Source: Paraspadella gotoi
Lineage: Eukaryota; Animalia; Chaetognatha
Direction of reading: 5' to 3'
Assembly: GCA_051294375.1 (NCBI GenBank)
Contig: CM119267.1
Span: 5,817,992 to 5,881,991, forward strand
DNA length: 64,000 bases
In this document: in pieces, positions 61,946 to 64,000 of the stretch
Numbering within the stretch: the first letter of the stretch is position 1
Layout: the number at the start of each line of letters is the position of its first letter
The notes under the pieces: generated by a model
Told to the model about the DNA's origin: nothing
Seen by the model: only the letters and a program-made list of their open reading frames with translations
Database searches by the model: none
Translations under genes and position numbers: made by a program

Positions 61946-63623
61946 TCAATCTTCGGTGACGAAATAATCGATAGGAACGGCGGGGTTTATTCGCCCGCTC
62001 TTTTCTCCGACATCGAAATCGCGAAGGTCTGTCAGGCCCCACGTCCGCTGCGGTTCCTTCTGGGGCAAGCACGTCTCCCTAATGGGAACAATTCAAAAGC
62101 GAAATTACCCAATAAAAAAAGGAAATAGCCTAACCAGTTTAAGAAACTTTTTCTTCCCGCCCCCTTTGCAGTGACACTGACCCGAACGAGAGGCCAGATC
62201 CCTCGGAAGCCCCGGAATCGGAAAGGAATATGTCGAAGAGCTTATCGCCGCCGATGGCGGGGCTGCGCGCCGGGCGTCCGACTTCTTCCTCCTCATCCGA
62301 AGTCAGGTTGAACAGGTCCGAGTAAGAAGTGGTGGCGGCGTCGTGCCAAAATCCGTCGTCCTCGTCGTCGTCGTCGTCCTCGGCAAAGATGTTGGACTTT
62401 TCGCGGTAAATTGATGACGCGTTTGAGCCGAGGACGGACGGGGCGTTCGCCGGGCAGCGGTTCGCCGCTAAACTTGAATGCGTCGAGGCGCTCAGCGAAC
62501 GTTCGTCTAGGGGAGGAAATATTAATATCGATAATATTGATTCAATATTTTTTCTGAAAATAGCAAATTATTTTTTAAAATGTTTTTTTTTTTTTTTGCA
62601 CCAACGCAATTGTCAAATTATCCGACCTGCTGTGAAAAAATGATCAGATTCCTCGGAGCATCTTGCAGAATCATTGACTGTCTGGGCTGTTTGCCTGGAT
62701 TCGGTCTCCGCGAGAAAGCAGAAGCAGCAGGGAACCGGCGTCCCGAAAGGTCCAGTCGGTTGATCGTTGTTGGGATGTCGAGGCTACGGGTGTAGAAAGG
62801 TCAAGGAAATCCCGACTGGCAAAACCAATTTGACTTTTTTCTTAGCAAAGGACGAATTCGATTTTCAAGTCTTCATCAGCGTTTTACAGTTTGCATGCAA
62901 AAGAGAGAGAGAGATATATATATATATATAATATTGTTTTAAAAAAATCACTACTAATCAGTTGTTTTTTTTTATTCTGTCTCACCACTTTGTTGGGAAA
63001 CTTTCATTTTCATTATTACACTTATGACTTTTCTCTTTTAACAAATACAATCGATGACTCGCCTTGCGGTATTTCCTTATCGCTCCCGCGTGATTCTGGT
63101 GTCGCACTCGATTCCACAGTACCGACGGGAGCACGCTCATGATCTCGTCGCAAGTGGCCTTGCTGCAGAGGGCGCGGAAGTTCATCCGCTTCCAGAGGGC
63201 GTCACGAGCCTGAAGGAAATTGGGATAGGTCCGGCGCCAATCCTCGCCGAGGCACCAGGGAAAGAGTTCGAACTTGAACTCCTCCTCATCGTCCTCCATG
63301 TCGAGGGCGAGGTAGAGGGCGACGAAGAAGTTTTCGGGGGTGTACTCTTTGACGGCAAAGTCGGCCCTGATGAAGTAAATAAAGACCATCGAGAGAGCGT
63401 AGTTGTCCGAAACTTTGAAGCATTTATCGCAGCGCAGGAAGTCGCGAATCAGCTTGGACTCGGTGAGGGAGAAGAAGGCGAGCAGCTGCTTGGTCCATGT
63501 GTGGAAGGGGTTCAGTTGCTGAGGGATCTCCACTACCTCCACAGCGGCCGACTCGGTAGCGCCCGCTTCGGAGGCGACGTTGGAATTTTTGTGCCGCTTA
63601 CATTGGAGTTGGTCACGGAACAT
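61946..63623 (-). CDS. SPDYA: Speedy/RINGO CDK activator; 4 exons (further 5' exons possible)
   Basis: Speedy box IRDFLRCDKCFKVSDNYALSMVFIYFIRA...FFVALYLALDMEDD...FPWCLG..W...RHQNHAGAIR; the next exon gives PRHP..GP..TPVPCCFC. Confidence 0.88.
62857..62885 (-). mobile_element. Truncated hammerhead/PLE fragment in Speedy intron 1
   Basis: CAAGTCTTCATCAGCGTTTT (62866-62885) is identical to 33254-33273. The 3' strand of helix II is largely deleted, and an (AG)n tract follows as in the 35.3-kb arms. Confidence 0.6.
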
Positions 63624-64000
63624 GCCGTAGTATTGGGTGTTCTGAAAATGGAAAAGTTTATTTATTACATTACTCTGCCTACTCATAGAGTAGTTAAAAA
63701 CGAATGTATGAGGTACGAAAATACTTCGCTTGCCTGAGTATAGGAGTGACCAAAGTCCACAACAGGATCGGATAAGACAGGGACCGGAGGGTGACGCATT
63801 ACGGAGAGCATGATTCAAGTTAATTACAGGAAAGATTGAACTAAATAATGAGAGCGCGTGCACGAATTCGTGTGAGTGTAATAAAAACATTTACTCAAAA
63901 CTTTTGCGATGCAGATATATGCATAAAATAGTTAGAACAAGCGCAATGAAATATAATGAAAAGAAGCGACTAGCATCATAGGAATACTAAAATTATAAAT

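Overview
This is eukaryotic DNA from an invertebrate animal. Exons are GC/CpG-rich; introns and spacers are short and AT-rich. I find 21 protein-coding genes, 20 of them on the minus strand in two head-to-tail blocks (about 1-30,047 and 38,245-63,623) separated by one plus-strand TTC29-like gene. Stop-to-ATG gaps are often 100-300 nt with an unpaired polypyrimidine-AG acceptor just before the ATG, which suggests SL trans-spliced operons. Genes called: UBLCP1, YIPF4, NOP9, TSEN34, an ankyrin/SOCS-box gene, a TUT1-like gene, PPIP5K, a C2H2 zinc finger, TTC29, GTF3C2, ELP5, gephyrin, an E2F, a PRA1 protein, a multi-Tudor protein, a multi-RRM protein, a ZZ/EF-hand protein and Speedy. Main points: (1) a ~1,714-aa TUT1 (U6 TUTase)-like protein with ~7 RRMs, in which two of three catalytic aspartates are Asn, so it is probably a pseudoenzyme; (2) an intact U6 snRNA gene with a TATA box inside an intron of the next gene; (3) minimal Penelope-type hammerhead ribozymes, including an inverted pair in a 331-bp palindrome and one copy with a 15-bp target-site duplication; (4) an apparent excess of GC-AG introns. 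Gene names and exon boundaries come from motif recognition and manual reading, not database searches.
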